Origin: Nitrosopumilus sp.
GTDB lineage: Archaea > Thermoproteota > Nitrososphaeria > Nitrososphaerales > Nitrosopumilaceae
Reading direction: 5' to 3'
DNA length: 64,000 nt
Assembly (NCBI GenBank): GCA_965203315.1
Contig: OZ241857.1
Location: 1,376,001-1,440,000 of the forward strand
Both the position numbers and the translations under genes were made by a program. Below, in pieces: positions 10,464-20,691 of the stretch. The first letter of the stretch is position 1. Each line of letters opens with the position of its first letter. A model generated the notes under the pieces. It made no database searches. It was not told where the DNA came from and saw only the letters and a program-made list of their open reading frames with translations.

Positions 10464-10943
10464 AAAGTTTTTAGGAATTCTAAAGTCAGACTTTTTAAGC
10501 AGCGCAAAAATCTCATTAGCTGTATACACGTTAATAATTTCTCTATTTTTAATAATCGCAACAGCCCAAGTAATCCTGTATGTTTAATTCCTAGCCTTGA
10601 CGCCAATATTCTAGCATCCATATCGTCAAGTATGCATTCTACTTTATCGATTGTATTGTCGAGTTTCATATATGTCAACATGACATCTGTCTCACCTTGT
10701 CCAATATTCGAGTATTCACTCTGAAATCTAGCGATATCGTCAAGTGTGTTTTTCTCCAAACATTTGAACTTGGCTTCTTTGATCAATCTGTCCACGTTTC
10801 TCTGTGTTACTATCTTTCAATTCTTCCCACACAAACATCGGTATTACTAATTCATCACCCAATTTTAAAATGTCATCAAATACATCTGGACGTTTGATGT
10901 TATTGAATATCGCAATTAATGGTGACGCATCAAAGATTTTCAA
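10464..10943 (-). pseudogene. DUF3368-type PIN-domain toxin; two frameshifts, IS1595 inserted two codons before the stop
   Basis: IFDASPLI...IGQGETDV...ILDDMDAR...GLLGLL...SDFRIPKNF spread over three frames. Removing the IS restores ...PKNFKL* (stop at 9541-9543). Confidence 0.75.
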
Positions 10944-11578
10944 GGCTCTAATCGAAATATTCCTCTAGTTTTCATCTTTTCCATTACTATATGCAAAGGC
11001 TGATCAAGTAGGTCTGCAGTCTTGCCAGAAGTGATCTTGCGTCTCTCAAGTAGTCTAAATATGTGCTCTTCGATATCAGGCTTGAGGTTTTGATATGTTA
11101 CGGAATCTTTGGTCATTTCGGGATACTGTGAATAGAGATATGATAGTAACTCGTCTCTAGACATGTCATTTACAAACTCTTTATATCTCGCAAATACTGC
11201 CAGCATTTTTTTAGGTCTGTTTTTGATGATTTCACTAGCATACTCTTCGCCTTTTTTGGTCAGTTGAATATTGTCAGCATCTTCGGATATGAGGTTTATC
11301 TGTATGAGATGATTGATCTTGTCTTCAAGAATATTACTGAATGGACCTGTATCAGTAATAGTATATCTGCTCCACTCTAGAAATTCTTTGTACATGCCAC
11401 CCAACATGTATATTGTATTTTGTACTTTGAATCTATCACGGATTGGCTTGCAAATGGGCTTGTTGTCTGAGTCATTTAGTGGATGTAGATCATACCACTC
11501 ATTGTCTACATGTAACAACACAACAAGATATTTCTCAAGATCGCTCGCCTCTTCGAGCATTTCACTCTCAATTGCCAT
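10940..11578 (-). CDS. putative antitoxin: YwgA/SocA-like wHTH fused to UPF0175-like C-terminus
   Basis: RFKVQNTIY...GPFS...IQLTKKG, then KITSGKTADLL...MKTRGI; 4-bp overlap with the PIN gene. Confidence 0.65.
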   Translation of the reverse strand: MAIESEMLEEASDLEKYLVVLLHVDNEWYDLHPLNDSDNKPICKPIRDRFKVQNTIYMLGGMYKEFLEWSRYTITDTGPFSNILEDKINHLIQINLISEDADNIQLTKKGEEYASEIIKNRPKKMLAVFARYKEFVNDMSRDELLSYLYSQYPEMTKDSVTYQNLKPDIEEHIFRLLERRKITSGKTADLLDQPLHIVMEKMKTRGIFRLEP

Positions 11579-11653
11579 TATGGGTGACCGCCATACAGAG
11601 AAATAGATTTCATTAGTTTACTTACAAACATCTTTTATTTAAATGCGTGTTGC

Positions 11654-11835
11654 GGTTCTGTTCAATTAACGGGGGTGGAGATGATGACGTTATCTCAAAG
11701 AACGCACAATATGTGACTTAAAACAGCAACAATTTACGATGGATAGTGTGAGACCGTTTCCCTATTTTACAAAATTTTTCGAGAATTTTGTGCAGAAAAT
11801 GCCAACCCGTCAAGTTTACCGAATCTCACAGAACC
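11654..11835. mobile_element. MITE with IS6-like GGTTCTGT ends (family M2)
   Basis: GGTTCTGT...ACAGAACC termini; near copy in the opposite orientation at 30072-30247. Confidence 0.8.
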
Positions 11836-11917
11836 TTTTTATTTAATTGTCTTTGTAATCTAATAGTAATGAACAAATATACAGATATTATTTATAAAAT
11901 TAGTTTGAGAGGGATTC

Positions 11918-12517
11918 ATGTTGGATGCGTATGATACCATATTGTGCATAATTGAGGCAGCAGAGGAAAAAGTAGCAGAAGAATCAATGGCAAGCACAAA
12001 TGAAGAGATTGTTATTGGTAGAACTTCGATTCAAAAAATAGCATATTTTGCACGACAAACATGTAAGAATCTGGTTCTATCTCAATTCACACCACATTTT
12101 TATGGACCATATAGTTCAGAGGTTAGCATAGTATTAGAAGATCTAGTAGGGTACTCTTTTGTTGATGAGAAAAAGATACATGGGAGACGTTATGATGCAT
12201 ATACATACAAACTGAGTAAAGATGGAAAAACCATCATAAAGGATGTAAAAGATAAAGATGCTTATGAAAATATTGGGGAATTAGTAAAGAGATGCTATGA
12301 TGCATGTTATCTAAAATCAAAACCATTATCATATGCAGCAAAACTTCACTACATTTTGAATAGTTCAAAGGAAAAGGCTAGTATTGATGAGCTAAAAATA
12401 CGAGGAAAGGAATTAAATTGGGAGATAAAAGATGGTGACATAAAACAAGGAATAGACTTGCTTAAAAAGTTAAAGTTGGAAAAAAATGAGCGATTATTTT
12501 GCAATCAAGTCAATTAG
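11918..12517 (+). CDS. YwgA/Panacea(SocA)-like winged-helix protein
   Basis: GRTSIQKIAYF...FTPHFYGPYSSEV...YKLSKDG; overlaps the HD gene start. Confidence 0.7.
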   Translation: MLDAYDTILCIIEAAEEKVAEESMASTNEEIVIGRTSIQKIAYFARQTCKNLVLSQFTPHFYGPYSSEVSIVLEDLVGYSFVDEKKIHGRRYDAYTYKLSKDGKTIIKDVKDKDAYENIGELVKRCYDACYLKSKPLSYAAKLHYILNSSKEKASIDELKIRGKELNWEIKDGDIKQGIDLLKKLKLEKNERLFCNQVN

Positions 12518-13835
12518 GGATCCCCTGTATGGATTTATTGGTACTTCTGAAATTGAACGAAAGGTAATTGATTCTGATGCATTTCGTCGTCTACTAAACA
12601 TTAAACAGTTATCTCATGAATACGTTGCCTACCCATCTGCAACGCATACCAGATTTGAACACTCATTGGGAGTCATGCATCTTGCAGGCAAAGTATGTGA
12701 CAAGTTAAAACTTGAAAAAGATTACAATATGAAGGAACTAAAAGAATTCAAAGAGATAACAAGACTAGCTGCGTTACTTCATGATATTGGTCACGGTCCA
12801 TACTCACATCTCTTTGAAACTTTTTTAGAAAATGTAAACGGAAAGAAAATTAGTCACGAATGGATTTCTAGACTATTTATTTCAAAAGATTCGCAACTAC
12901 AAGAGATTTTAGAAAATAAGGCCGGAAAAATCTTGCAAACTTTAAGTGGTAAAATGGTTAACGAATGGGACGAGAAAAGAAGTAATCTCGCAAATAAAAT
13001 CATTTCAGGTAGTCTAGATGTAGATAGAATGGATTACTTGCAAAGAGACTCTTATCATCTTGGTGTAACATATGGAATATTTGATTTAGCTCGAATACTT
13101 CATACAATCACATACACAAAAGGATATGAAGAGTACGACATATGTATTCAAGATAAAGGAAAGGACGCTATAGAAAACTATAGATTGGGAAGGTATTTTA
13201 TGCACGCTCAAGTGTATCAACACCATGCAAGATTAAGTGCAGATCAAATGTTCTTACGTGCTTTAGATATTGCAAAAGAAGATGATGGTTTACCTGTTAA
13301 AAAACTTGTAGTCGATACTACGTCATTTGATAAAAATGACGAGTTTCTTGAATATTATAGATCACTAAATGATGAAACAATTTATAATGAAATTATAACT
13401 AGAAAACCATATAGTACATCTGTAAATATTTTAAAGGACATCCAAAAAAGAAATCTTCTGAAACGTGCTATCGACATAATTCCAGATAGAGACATTAAAA
13501 ATAATTCTAATCGAAGGCATGTAATGAAAATGGGATATCCGAATCTAAGAGAATTAGATAATGAAATTAAAGAGGAATTAGAATTAGAATATTCACAAAT
13601 TATAAGCTGTTTATCTAAAATCACTTCCGAAGCTGAAATTAAAGCAGAAACAAAAAGTGATAGAATTTTGGTTCTAGTAAACGATGTACCACAAGAATTA
13701 GATGAACTTTCATTAATAAACACTAAACCTGAAATGAAGAGATTTTTTGTTTTCACAAATAAATATAAAAGAAAGGATGTGTGTAACTACGTCAAAGACA
13801 AGTTCAAAATAGATAATATAGATTGCAAATTTTAG
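12486..13835 (+). CDS. HD-domain dNTP triphosphohydrolase (SAMHD1/YwfO-like)
   Basis: IRDPLYG, FRRL..IKQL, HTRFEHSLGV, LHDIGHGPYSH, DVDRMDYLQRDS, QVYQH. Confidence 0.88.
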   Translation: MSDYFAIKSIRDPLYGFIGTSEIERKVIDSDAFRRLLNIKQLSHEYVAYPSATHTRFEHSLGVMHLAGKVCDKLKLEKDYNMKELKEFKEITRLAALLHDIGHGPYSHLFETFLENVNGKKISHEWISRLFISKDSQLQEILENKAGKILQTLSGKMVNEWDEKRSNLANKIISGSLDVDRMDYLQRDSYHLGVTYGIFDLARILHTITYTKGYEEYDICIQDKGKDAIENYRLGRYFMHAQVYQHHARLSADQMFLRALDIAKEDDGLPVKKLVVDTTSFDKNDEFLEYYRSLNDETIYNEIITRKPYSTSVNILKDIQKRNLLKRAIDIIPDRDIKNNSNRRHVMKMGYPNLRELDNEIKEELELEYSQIISCLSKITSEAEIKAETKSDRILVLVNDVPQELDELSLINTKPEMKRFFVFTNKYKRKDVCNYVKDKFKIDNIDCKF

Positions 13836-13951
13836 TCTAGTTATAATACTCAATTTAATCTACTATGAACCAACAATAACGGTGGCCATGATTGCAACTG
13901 ATGATTAATTTACAAGTATACTCAGTTAACACAAATGTAGTCTTAAAACTA

Positions 13952-15484
13952 TAGTCACGAACATAATTATTTTCCGGTTCGTTGTTAAGCAATCGTGTTG
14001 CCTTTTGTTAATCGTGTAGCTCAAATCACAACGATTATCATAAAATACGAAAAAAGTCAGATAAATTTTGATTTGTTGTAAAGATATCCGCACCAATACA
14101 CAAAACAATCAAAATTTTATGGTCGTCTGCATGATTTATTCTTGCACGACACAATGATTTTTGTAATTTCAAGCTATATTTTTGGCGTAATTATCTTTCT
14201 CTTAAGACAACCCATGACATTTGCGTTGCATTTCATGATTTTCATAGTTTCATCTGCATGTTTCTCTAGAGATCGTAGTGTTTTAAAGACTTTGTTGACT
14301 GGAGTATATTGTCTAAACTGTTTCCAGAGTGCCTCTGATGCATTGAGTTCAGGAACAGCAGCTGGTAATTGCACTAACTTTATGTTATTTTCTTTTGCAA
14401 ATCGTCTACTTATTTGACTAGTGTGACATGATGCACCGTCAAGGATGAGTATTATTGGTTCTATCATGGGACGCATCTTTCGTATGATCTTCATAAATGC
14501 TATAAAGTCTTTAGAATTTGCTGAATGACGTATTGTATGACATATTTTTCCGTTAGTGCTGATTCCTCCAAATATTGTTATTCTCTCAGCTTTTCCTGCT
14601 ACTGCTAGCATGCGTATCTTTTCACCTATCCTTGACCAACTTTTTACACGACGTTTTGTGTGGGTGTTGATGTGCATCTCATCTACTGCCATCACTAGAA
14701 ATCCCATGTTGTTTAGACGTGAAATCCAAGATATGTTGGCTCTTTGGAATTTTTTTATCATTTCATCACTGGCTCGATTAGTGAAATGTACTTGGACATA
14801 GCTCTTTGCAGAGCGTCTTAGCTCTCTCATTCTGCGTCGTATTGTGCTGGGATGATATCGTACTTTTGTTATATTGAAAACCAACTCTAAAATTCTTTGT
14901 ACTGTTGTGGTGCTGTCGAGTCCCAGTATGTACTCAAACATTCGGTTAGATACTTTTGGTTTCCTTCCTCGACCTGACTTGTCTTTGAGTCCCTCAATTC
15001 CTTCTTTCTGATACCGTGTAATCCAATTAAATACGGTGCGAGGTGTAATTCCTGCCATCTCTGCAGCTTTTACTTGTGTGTAACTAAAATTTAGTACCAT
15101 TAGTACAACAATAATTCTTTTTTGTACGTTATGGTTTGGCATGTTTTTGATGTAGTTAACCATATCCTCACATACTTGATTCATTACATATCATAAAAGA
15201 TAGTAACAAATAAACATGTATAGTCAACTAAACATGATCAATTAGTTAATTATTATTGTTCAATACCAACATTAACAAAAATTTAAATTTTTTGTGCGCC
15301 ATTGGACATTTTAAATTTTGGTCACTAATCATCTTTGTTTATTTCCAACCATGAACTAATAATCAGTGATTTTTTGTTGTTATTGCCTCGTATGTTTTAT
15401 GATCAATGTGATTTCAACGAGGATGTTGAAAGAAATCACATCATTTGGCAAAAACGAACCGGAAAATAATTATGTTCGTGACTA
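13952..15484 (-). mobile_element. IS630-family insertion sequence
   Basis: About 32-bp TIR TAGTCACGAACATAATTATTTTCCGGTTCGTT; TA duplicated at 13950-51 and 15485-86. Confidence 0.92.
14174..15184 (-). CDS. IS630-family transposase
   Basis: HTH (TVFNWITRY...GRKPK), AVDEM, LDGASCH, PELNASEALW. Confidence 0.92.
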   Translation of the reverse strand: MNQVCEDMVNYIKNMPNHNVQKRIIVVLMVLNFSYTQVKAAEMAGITPRTVFNWITRYQKEGIEGLKDKSGRGRKPKVSNRMFEYILGLDSTTTVQRILELVFNITKVRYHPSTIRRRMRELRRSAKSYVQVHFTNRASDEMIKKFQRANISWISRLNNMGFLVMAVDEMHINTHTKRRVKSWSRIGEKIRMLAVAGKAERITIFGGISTNGKICHTIRHSANSKDFIAFMKIIRKMRPMIEPIILILDGASCHTSQISRRFAKENNIKLVQLPAAVPELNASEALWKQFRQYTPVNKVFKTLRSLEKHADETMKIMKCNANVMGCLKRKIITPKI

Positions 15485-15970
15485 TAGTAGACAAAAATAG
15501 AAAGATCTATAAAATATGCCTAAAATTAATAAACATTAAAAAATAAAATTGAAAAACATAAAATTATAATGTCATGTATGGTGCTTTTACAGTTTTCTCT
15601 CTCTCTCGTTTAAGTCGATAATGTCCAGCAATATAGATTTAGAAAGAAACTTGAAAAATTTGTTGATAAATTTATGAAAATATTGTCATCACCAACTTCC
15701 ATCTGGAGGAAGAGAGACACATTTGCGTTGACTGATTAGATACAAAAATCATAGTGCTGAAATTATATGCAACTTTTTTTATACACTACATTTCAAAAAA
15801 GTTCTTAATAATCTCTAGTATGTTGAGGTTTTGTTGTTGAAATAATTTACTCAAGTTAAACTGCATTTAATACGAGTATGCATAAACTCACTGAGAGCAT
15901 AAATTTGATCCATCTACAATCTGTGAACTATACTAACAATGATTAATGAGTGTGTTCCATCTCTAACAAC

Positions 15971-16044
15971 GCGGAGTTAGTTTAGTCTGGTATGACGTCA
16001 GCTTCCCAAGCTGAAGGCCGCGGGTTCGAATCCCGCACTCCGCA
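15971..16044 (+). tRNA. tRNA-Gly(CCC)
   Basis: Cloverleaf GCGGAGT/ACTCCGC; anticodon arm TCAGC-TTCCCAA-GCTGA; GTTCGAATC. Confidence 0.95.
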
Positions 16045-16144
16045 TTACAACTCACGTATAGCTTGTTCAACAAAGATATCGATTACAATTTGTAAAGTAC
16101 GTGATTGGCACTCCGCATTACAACTCACGTATAGCTTGTTCAAC
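16035..16144. repeat. perfect 37-bp direct repeat separated by 36 bp
   Basis: GCACTCCGCATTACAACTCACGTATAGCTTGTTCAAC at 16035-16071 and 16108-16144. Confidence 0.92.
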
Positions 16145-17068
16145 GGCTCCACGGTCAGCTGCTCTTGGTGCATATTTGATATAAGACTTCAAGTCCTGAA
16201 TGGCGACATCCTTTCTACCCAACTTTTCTTGTAAATATGCACGATTTTTGTAAATTTTAGCAGAACGACTAGGATCAATCTCTATGGCTTTGGTGTAATT
16301 TGTTATCGCTTTATCGAATTTATTAGTCTTTAGATAAAAGTTGCCAAGTCCATTATATGCAAGATATGCTTTGGGATTTATTGAAATACATCTCTGATAC
16401 ATCTCTATACACTGCTCCAAGTTTTGCCTACTCATCAGAGAGCCTATCATCTGAAATGCGTTTGCATTATCTGGATCGAGTTTTGTAGCTCTAGTTAATG
16501 ACTCTAATGCAGCTGTATGATCGTTTAGTAAGATATGTCTTTCAGCAATATAGCATAGTCGATTTGATGTATCGCTAGTATCGTTTAGTGATACAGATGA
16601 CAAGATATCTTGTGGCGCTACAAGTATCATGATATTTCCTTCCTGAGACCACTCGTGTTCAAATACGTCTTGAGGTATTACACCCTCTTGTTGTTCGCCC
16701 TCATCTGTTCCTTTTTGTATGTAGTGTAGTATTGTATTATCTTCTTTGTTGTATCCAGTAATGACTGATGCATGTTGAGTTATCTCTGGAATGCCTGCGA
16801 GTATTACGATGGGTGGTATACCTGCTGCAATTACACCCTCAAGTTCGGATATACTGGATCGAACCATCTTACACACAAGACCACTCTGCTCTGCTAACTC
16901 TACTCCCTCAATTAAGACACTTCCTTTAAATCCTTGATATTTTTTTGCGACACGCATAGATTGTTCTAGTGAGAGCTGGACATTCCAATATCTCGCAACT
17001 ACATTGATTGGTAGTGGAAGACAGATGCTCTCTTGATCGACTAGTGGTAGTAACAACTCGTGAGACAC
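16118..17068 (-). CDS. peptidase C39-like domain plus TPR repeat protein
   Basis: VDQESICLP (Gln/Cys), QHASVITGY, C-terminal TPRs (AYNGLGNFY...AIEIDP). Confidence 0.75.
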   Translation of the reverse strand: MSHELLLPLVDQESICLPLPINVVARYWNVQLSLEQSMRVAKKYQGFKGSVLIEGVELAEQSGLVCKMVRSSISELEGVIAAGIPPIVILAGIPEITQHASVITGYNKEDNTILHYIQKGTDEGEQQEGVIPQDVFEHEWSQEGNIMILVAPQDILSSVSLNDTSDTSNRLCYIAERHILLNDHTAALESLTRATKLDPDNANAFQMIGSLMSRQNLEQCIEMYQRCISINPKAYLAYNGLGNFYLKTNKFDKAITNYTKAIEIDPSRSAKIYKNRAYLQEKLGRKDVAIQDLKSYIKYAPRAADRGAVEQAIREL

Positions 17069-17099
17069 TAGTTTGTAGACAGTATCTTTGTTATTAAAA

Positions 17100-17636
17100 T
17101 CATAGTCTACAGAACCGCATTATGATATCTTGACCGTCATTGCTCATCTCTGGATGAAACTGTGTTCCAAAGATCAATAGTTCTCTATGTCTTATTATCT
17201 CATATCTACATGTGTCAGAGCAAGCAAGCGGAGTTAATTCATCTGGTAATGTCGATATCTCGTAACTATGACTCTCAAATACGTCTAGTGTTCCCCTCGA
17301 GATGGGATTTGTCTGTGTTGTGTGTACTGTGTTGTCACCTTTATGTGGTGTTGTACGACGTATGGTGCCACCAAGTGCTAGCGCAAGGATCTCTGCTCCA
17401 TAACATATTCCCAACAACTTTGATCTAGAATGTATAGCGTTTGTGATTATCTGTGAGTTTATTCTGTTTGTTAAATGATTATTTACTCGTCGTCCCGAGA
17501 GGATAAACGCATCATATTCTTTGATCTTGTCCGGTACAACTCTATCGGGATATGTCACTTCAAACGATATGTCGCTGTCGTTTAAAAGATCTAAAAGTTT
17601 TGGAGTGTACACCGAACCGTTATCCACTACAAGCAA
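17100..17636 (-). CDS. class I glutamine amidotransferase
   Basis: VVDNGS, LGICYG, QFHPE. Confidence 0.88.
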   Translation of the reverse strand: MLVVDNGSVYTPKLLDLLNDSDISFEVTYPDRVVPDKIKEYDAFILSGRRVNNHLTNRINSQIITNAIHSRSKLLGICYGAEILALALGGTIRRTTPHKGDNTVHTTQTNPISRGTLDVFESHSYEISTLPDELTPLACSDTCRYEIIRHRELLIFGTQFHPEMSNDGQDIIMRFCRL

Positions 17637-20498
17637 CTAACTGCCTACCTCTATTGAGATGTAGTGCATCTCGGCAATATCATCCTTGATGAGTATTGTT
17701 CCAATGTTTATGTAGTTTTCTTCTTCCCACATGAAGACACGCTCACTACGTGGCTTTACAAAGTTGCCGATAAACTCATCTATGAATTCAGAGACAGACT
17801 CTCGTTCATCATCGGTAAAGAAGATTATGTTTCCTTCATTAAACGCGAGCGGCACTTGTATTGTGGTGGGCTCTGCTACTGATACCCCATTCTCAATAAA
17901 TGCATCACGTACAATTCTTATACGATCTTCTTTGAGTAGCTCGACAAAACTTGCATCTGCAACAGTACTCGCAGATGGCACGCCCGATACCTTTCGCAGA
18001 TACGCAGTAAATGCCTCCTCTTGTGTGTCGCCCAAGCCTACAAAGTACTCTCCATTGAATGCAGCACCTACTGCTGCAATAGTTCCCAACTGTGCCACAA
18101 CACCTCCTGCACCTGCTGTATATACAGGAATAAAGTAAATGTCATGATCCCCTACTCTATACAGTATGTTGTCTCCAATTCGTGGGTTTCGTAGTAGCGT
18201 CTTGAGTTGTGCAAACTCTGGATCTCGATCTAGGGCCTCTCGTACTGCAGTGGGACCTATGAGTTTTGTAGTGGAGTTTAGTGGAACTTCATAGAACTGT
18301 AGTGTGCCTAGATTTGTGAGATCATTCTCTACCACCATATATCCTGCAAGGTTTCTTCCCTGTGAGCCCTTTAGTTCAAGTGACAAGAGTCCCAAGAACT
18401 CTGTCTGTTCAAATCCTGGAGGTTTGGCCTCTACATAGTATGTATCGAGACCTCGTGGAACTTCATAAAATTGATTTGCTTGAATAAACGTCTCAACGTC
18501 TGTTACATGATAAATGTTATACATCTCTGTCTTCCAATTAAAGAGCTCAACTGGATATCGTATCTGCTCTTCTAGCCAAGGTGGCATATCTCGGAATCTC
18601 TCTGCATACTGTTCCGCAAACATGTTACTGAAAAAGTCATCGCCTGTCTTTAAGAGCTGAATCTCTCCATCGTATGAATCGATTAATGCATATCCGACTA
18701 GACGTAGGTATGGATTTCCTATAGACCACGGAACATCGCGCGTCTCGAATCCTATTATTAATGGAGCCAACCAGTACGAGTTTGTACCATCGGTTACAGG
18801 GAGAAAGTCCACCTCTTTACCAAAGAGATTGTACAAAAAGTATGGATACAGCGTCTCCATCCTATCATGTACGTCCTTGTATCTCATTATGTGAATAGAA
18901 TCTGCAGGAAATGACAACAGAAAGTTTGGCTCAAAGATCCAACTTAGTGGTGGTATTACGTCTAGACCGCCAGTACCAGAGTACTCGGCTCCACCAAGCT
19001 CAGCACTAACAGTACGAGATGTAGGGTATGCAGACCAAGTCGTCTCAAAGAGACCACCTTCACCATAGTATATCTCACGTTGTTGGAAGAATTGAGTACT
19101 GTCTACTATCTGACCATCGGTTGCTTCTAACGTCAGGAATCCCTCTGGAACATGTGTATACACAAGATGCTCATTGTACCATCTATCATCTACACTAACT
19201 GATGTTGGAAGAATGGGTTTCATAGATGCAGTCCAGTATAATGTATTGTTAAAACGCAGGATATCATTATCCTCAAAATCAACATATGGAATAAGACCGA
19301 TCTCTGGTTTTAGCTTTGCAAATGCAGCATCCCAATCCCAAACTCGAATAACGTCTAATATGTCATTATTCTGAGCTACATAGTTTCTGATGTTGTTTGG
19401 AGACACAGCTGCTAATCTAACATCGTGTGTATTCTCTATGACATCTCCGAGCTCGCCTAGGTATCTATTTACACCTATCTGTTGTGCGGTGTATGGTCCC
19501 AGATACTCGATCTTTTTTGCGTCAGCGATACTATTGTTTACTCCAGCAATCCCGACAGCGATAACACCAATTGCTAAAATTGTCAAGAAACGTACCCATA
19601 CATCACGTTTGAACATGTGAGTCAAGACCCTCGCTCGTAATCTGTCGATAGCCGAGAATGCAATTAGAGCAGCTCCTATCGCAAGAACGCCTCCTATGAT
19701 GTATCGACTGTTGTAATCGATCTCGTCTGTAAAGAATAGATTAAAACCAATCCACAAGACCCCGATCCCGATCATTCCCTCAACTGTAGATACATAGTTG
19801 AGATATCTGGGCTTGCCTTCACTAGAGTCTTGGATAAACGATGTAATTACGTTGATTATCCGATGTACGCCTATGTACAAAACCAATCGAAGACCTATAG
19901 CTGCAATGATCGGCGGGATCAGAATTACTAGAGCTGGAATCATCGGCACAACGTTTTGAACAGCATATGAGGGATCGATATCTGGCGTTACAAAGGGTAG
20001 CGTAAACAAGACTGGAAGATTCTCCACTCCAAGTGTATTACCATCAAAGAATGACATTGCAGCAAAACCGAACATAATGTTTGCAAAGAATGCACCAAAG
20101 AGTAGAATCTTTGTAAACTGCCAGATCACAAACTGAACTCTAGAGAGCTTGTAGTCTTGAAATCTTGCAATGCTTGCAGATATTGGCTGTTGAGAGCCTC
20201 CTCGCGCAAAGAGTCCAATAGCTGTGTTTATGATGTACCAAAATATCGAAGAACGCCCCATGATATTCACTCTCACTAGCGATATTGCGGCGAGTATGAT
20301 GGTTGACAGTAGTGTATAGTATAGTGGCTTACTAAACTGATCTCCAAACTCGCTAAAGTTCATCAACAGTACTACCGCTTGAGAACCTACAACTCCAAAG
20401 ATTATCGCACCGATAGCTGCGATCACTCCCAAGCGAATATACCGCCCGGTGTTTGGAGGTGGAGATTGCGTGTCTGAAGTGGCGCTATACAAAATCAC
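17637..20498 (-). CDS. UPF0182 family membrane protein
   Basis: N-terminal TMs, IRVWD, HLVYTH, IYYGE, QIRYP motifs. Confidence 0.85.
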   Translation of the reverse strand: MILYSATSDTQSPPPNTGRYIRLGVIAAIGAIIFGVVGSQAVVLLMNFSEFGDQFSKPLYYTLLSTIILAAISLVRVNIMGRSSIFWYIINTAIGLFARGGSQQPISASIARFQDYKLSRVQFVIWQFTKILLFGAFFANIMFGFAAMSFFDGNTLGVENLPVLFTLPFVTPDIDPSYAVQNVVPMIPALVILIPPIIAAIGLRLVLYIGVHRIINVITSFIQDSSEGKPRYLNYVSTVEGMIGIGVLWIGFNLFFTDEIDYNSRYIIGGVLAIGAALIAFSAIDRLRARVLTHMFKRDVWVRFLTILAIGVIAVGIAGVNNSIADAKKIEYLGPYTAQQIGVNRYLGELGDVIENTHDVRLAAVSPNNIRNYVAQNNDILDVIRVWDWDAAFAKLKPEIGLIPYVDFEDNDILRFNNTLYWTASMKPILPTSVSVDDRWYNEHLVYTHVPEGFLTLEATDGQIVDSTQFFQQREIYYGEGGLFETTWSAYPTSRTVSAELGGAEYSGTGGLDVIPPLSWIFEPNFLLSFPADSIHIMRYKDVHDRMETLYPYFLYNLFGKEVDFLPVTDGTNSYWLAPLIIGFETRDVPWSIGNPYLRLVGYALIDSYDGEIQLLKTGDDFFSNMFAEQYAERFRDMPPWLEEQIRYPVELFNWKTEMYNIYHVTDVETFIQANQFYEVPRGLDTYYVEAKPPGFEQTEFLGLLSLELKGSQGRNLAGYMVVENDLTNLGTLQFYEVPLNSTTKLIGPTAVREALDRDPEFAQLKTLLRNPRIGDNILYRVGDHDIYFIPVYTAGAGGVVAQLGTIAAVGAAFNGEYFVGLGDTQEEAFTAYLRKVSGVPSASTVADASFVELLKEDRIRIVRDAFIENGVSVAEPTTIQVPLAFNEGNIIFFTDDERESVSEFIDEFIGNFVKPRSERVFMWEEENYINIGTILIKDDIAEMHYISIEVGS

Positions 20499-20691
20499 AG
20501 TTTGTCCACTAATGGTAAATTAATGTCTTACCCGATCTAAATTCGAGTGATCCCTTAGATATTGTGGTCAAGATGTGATGTACAAAGCGTACTGGGCGTA
20601 AATGGAACGATCCCCTCGATATTCATCGAGAATGCAGGAAATGTGTGATATCCAATACATCCAATACATGTACACAGTATGTACACAGTAC

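Larger units (their letters stand above)
13923..15734. mobile_element. internally deleted ISH3 derivative, interrupted by IS630
   Basis: Ends CAGTTAACACAAATGT / ACATTTGCGTTGACTG; 15487-15734 aligns with both ends of the ISH3 at 44128-45362. Confidence 0.8.

Noticed and set aside
16035-16144. CRISPR array call
   Set aside because: Only two repeats, and the repeat is native tRNA/CDS sequence; no leader or cas genes. Kept as a scar finding.
20570-20690. ACTGGGCGTAAA (16S-like word) and short tandem duplications as a C/D guide RNA
   Set aside because: No convincing C/D boxes, and the word matches the bacterial-type 16S sequence rather than the one I expect for this lineage.
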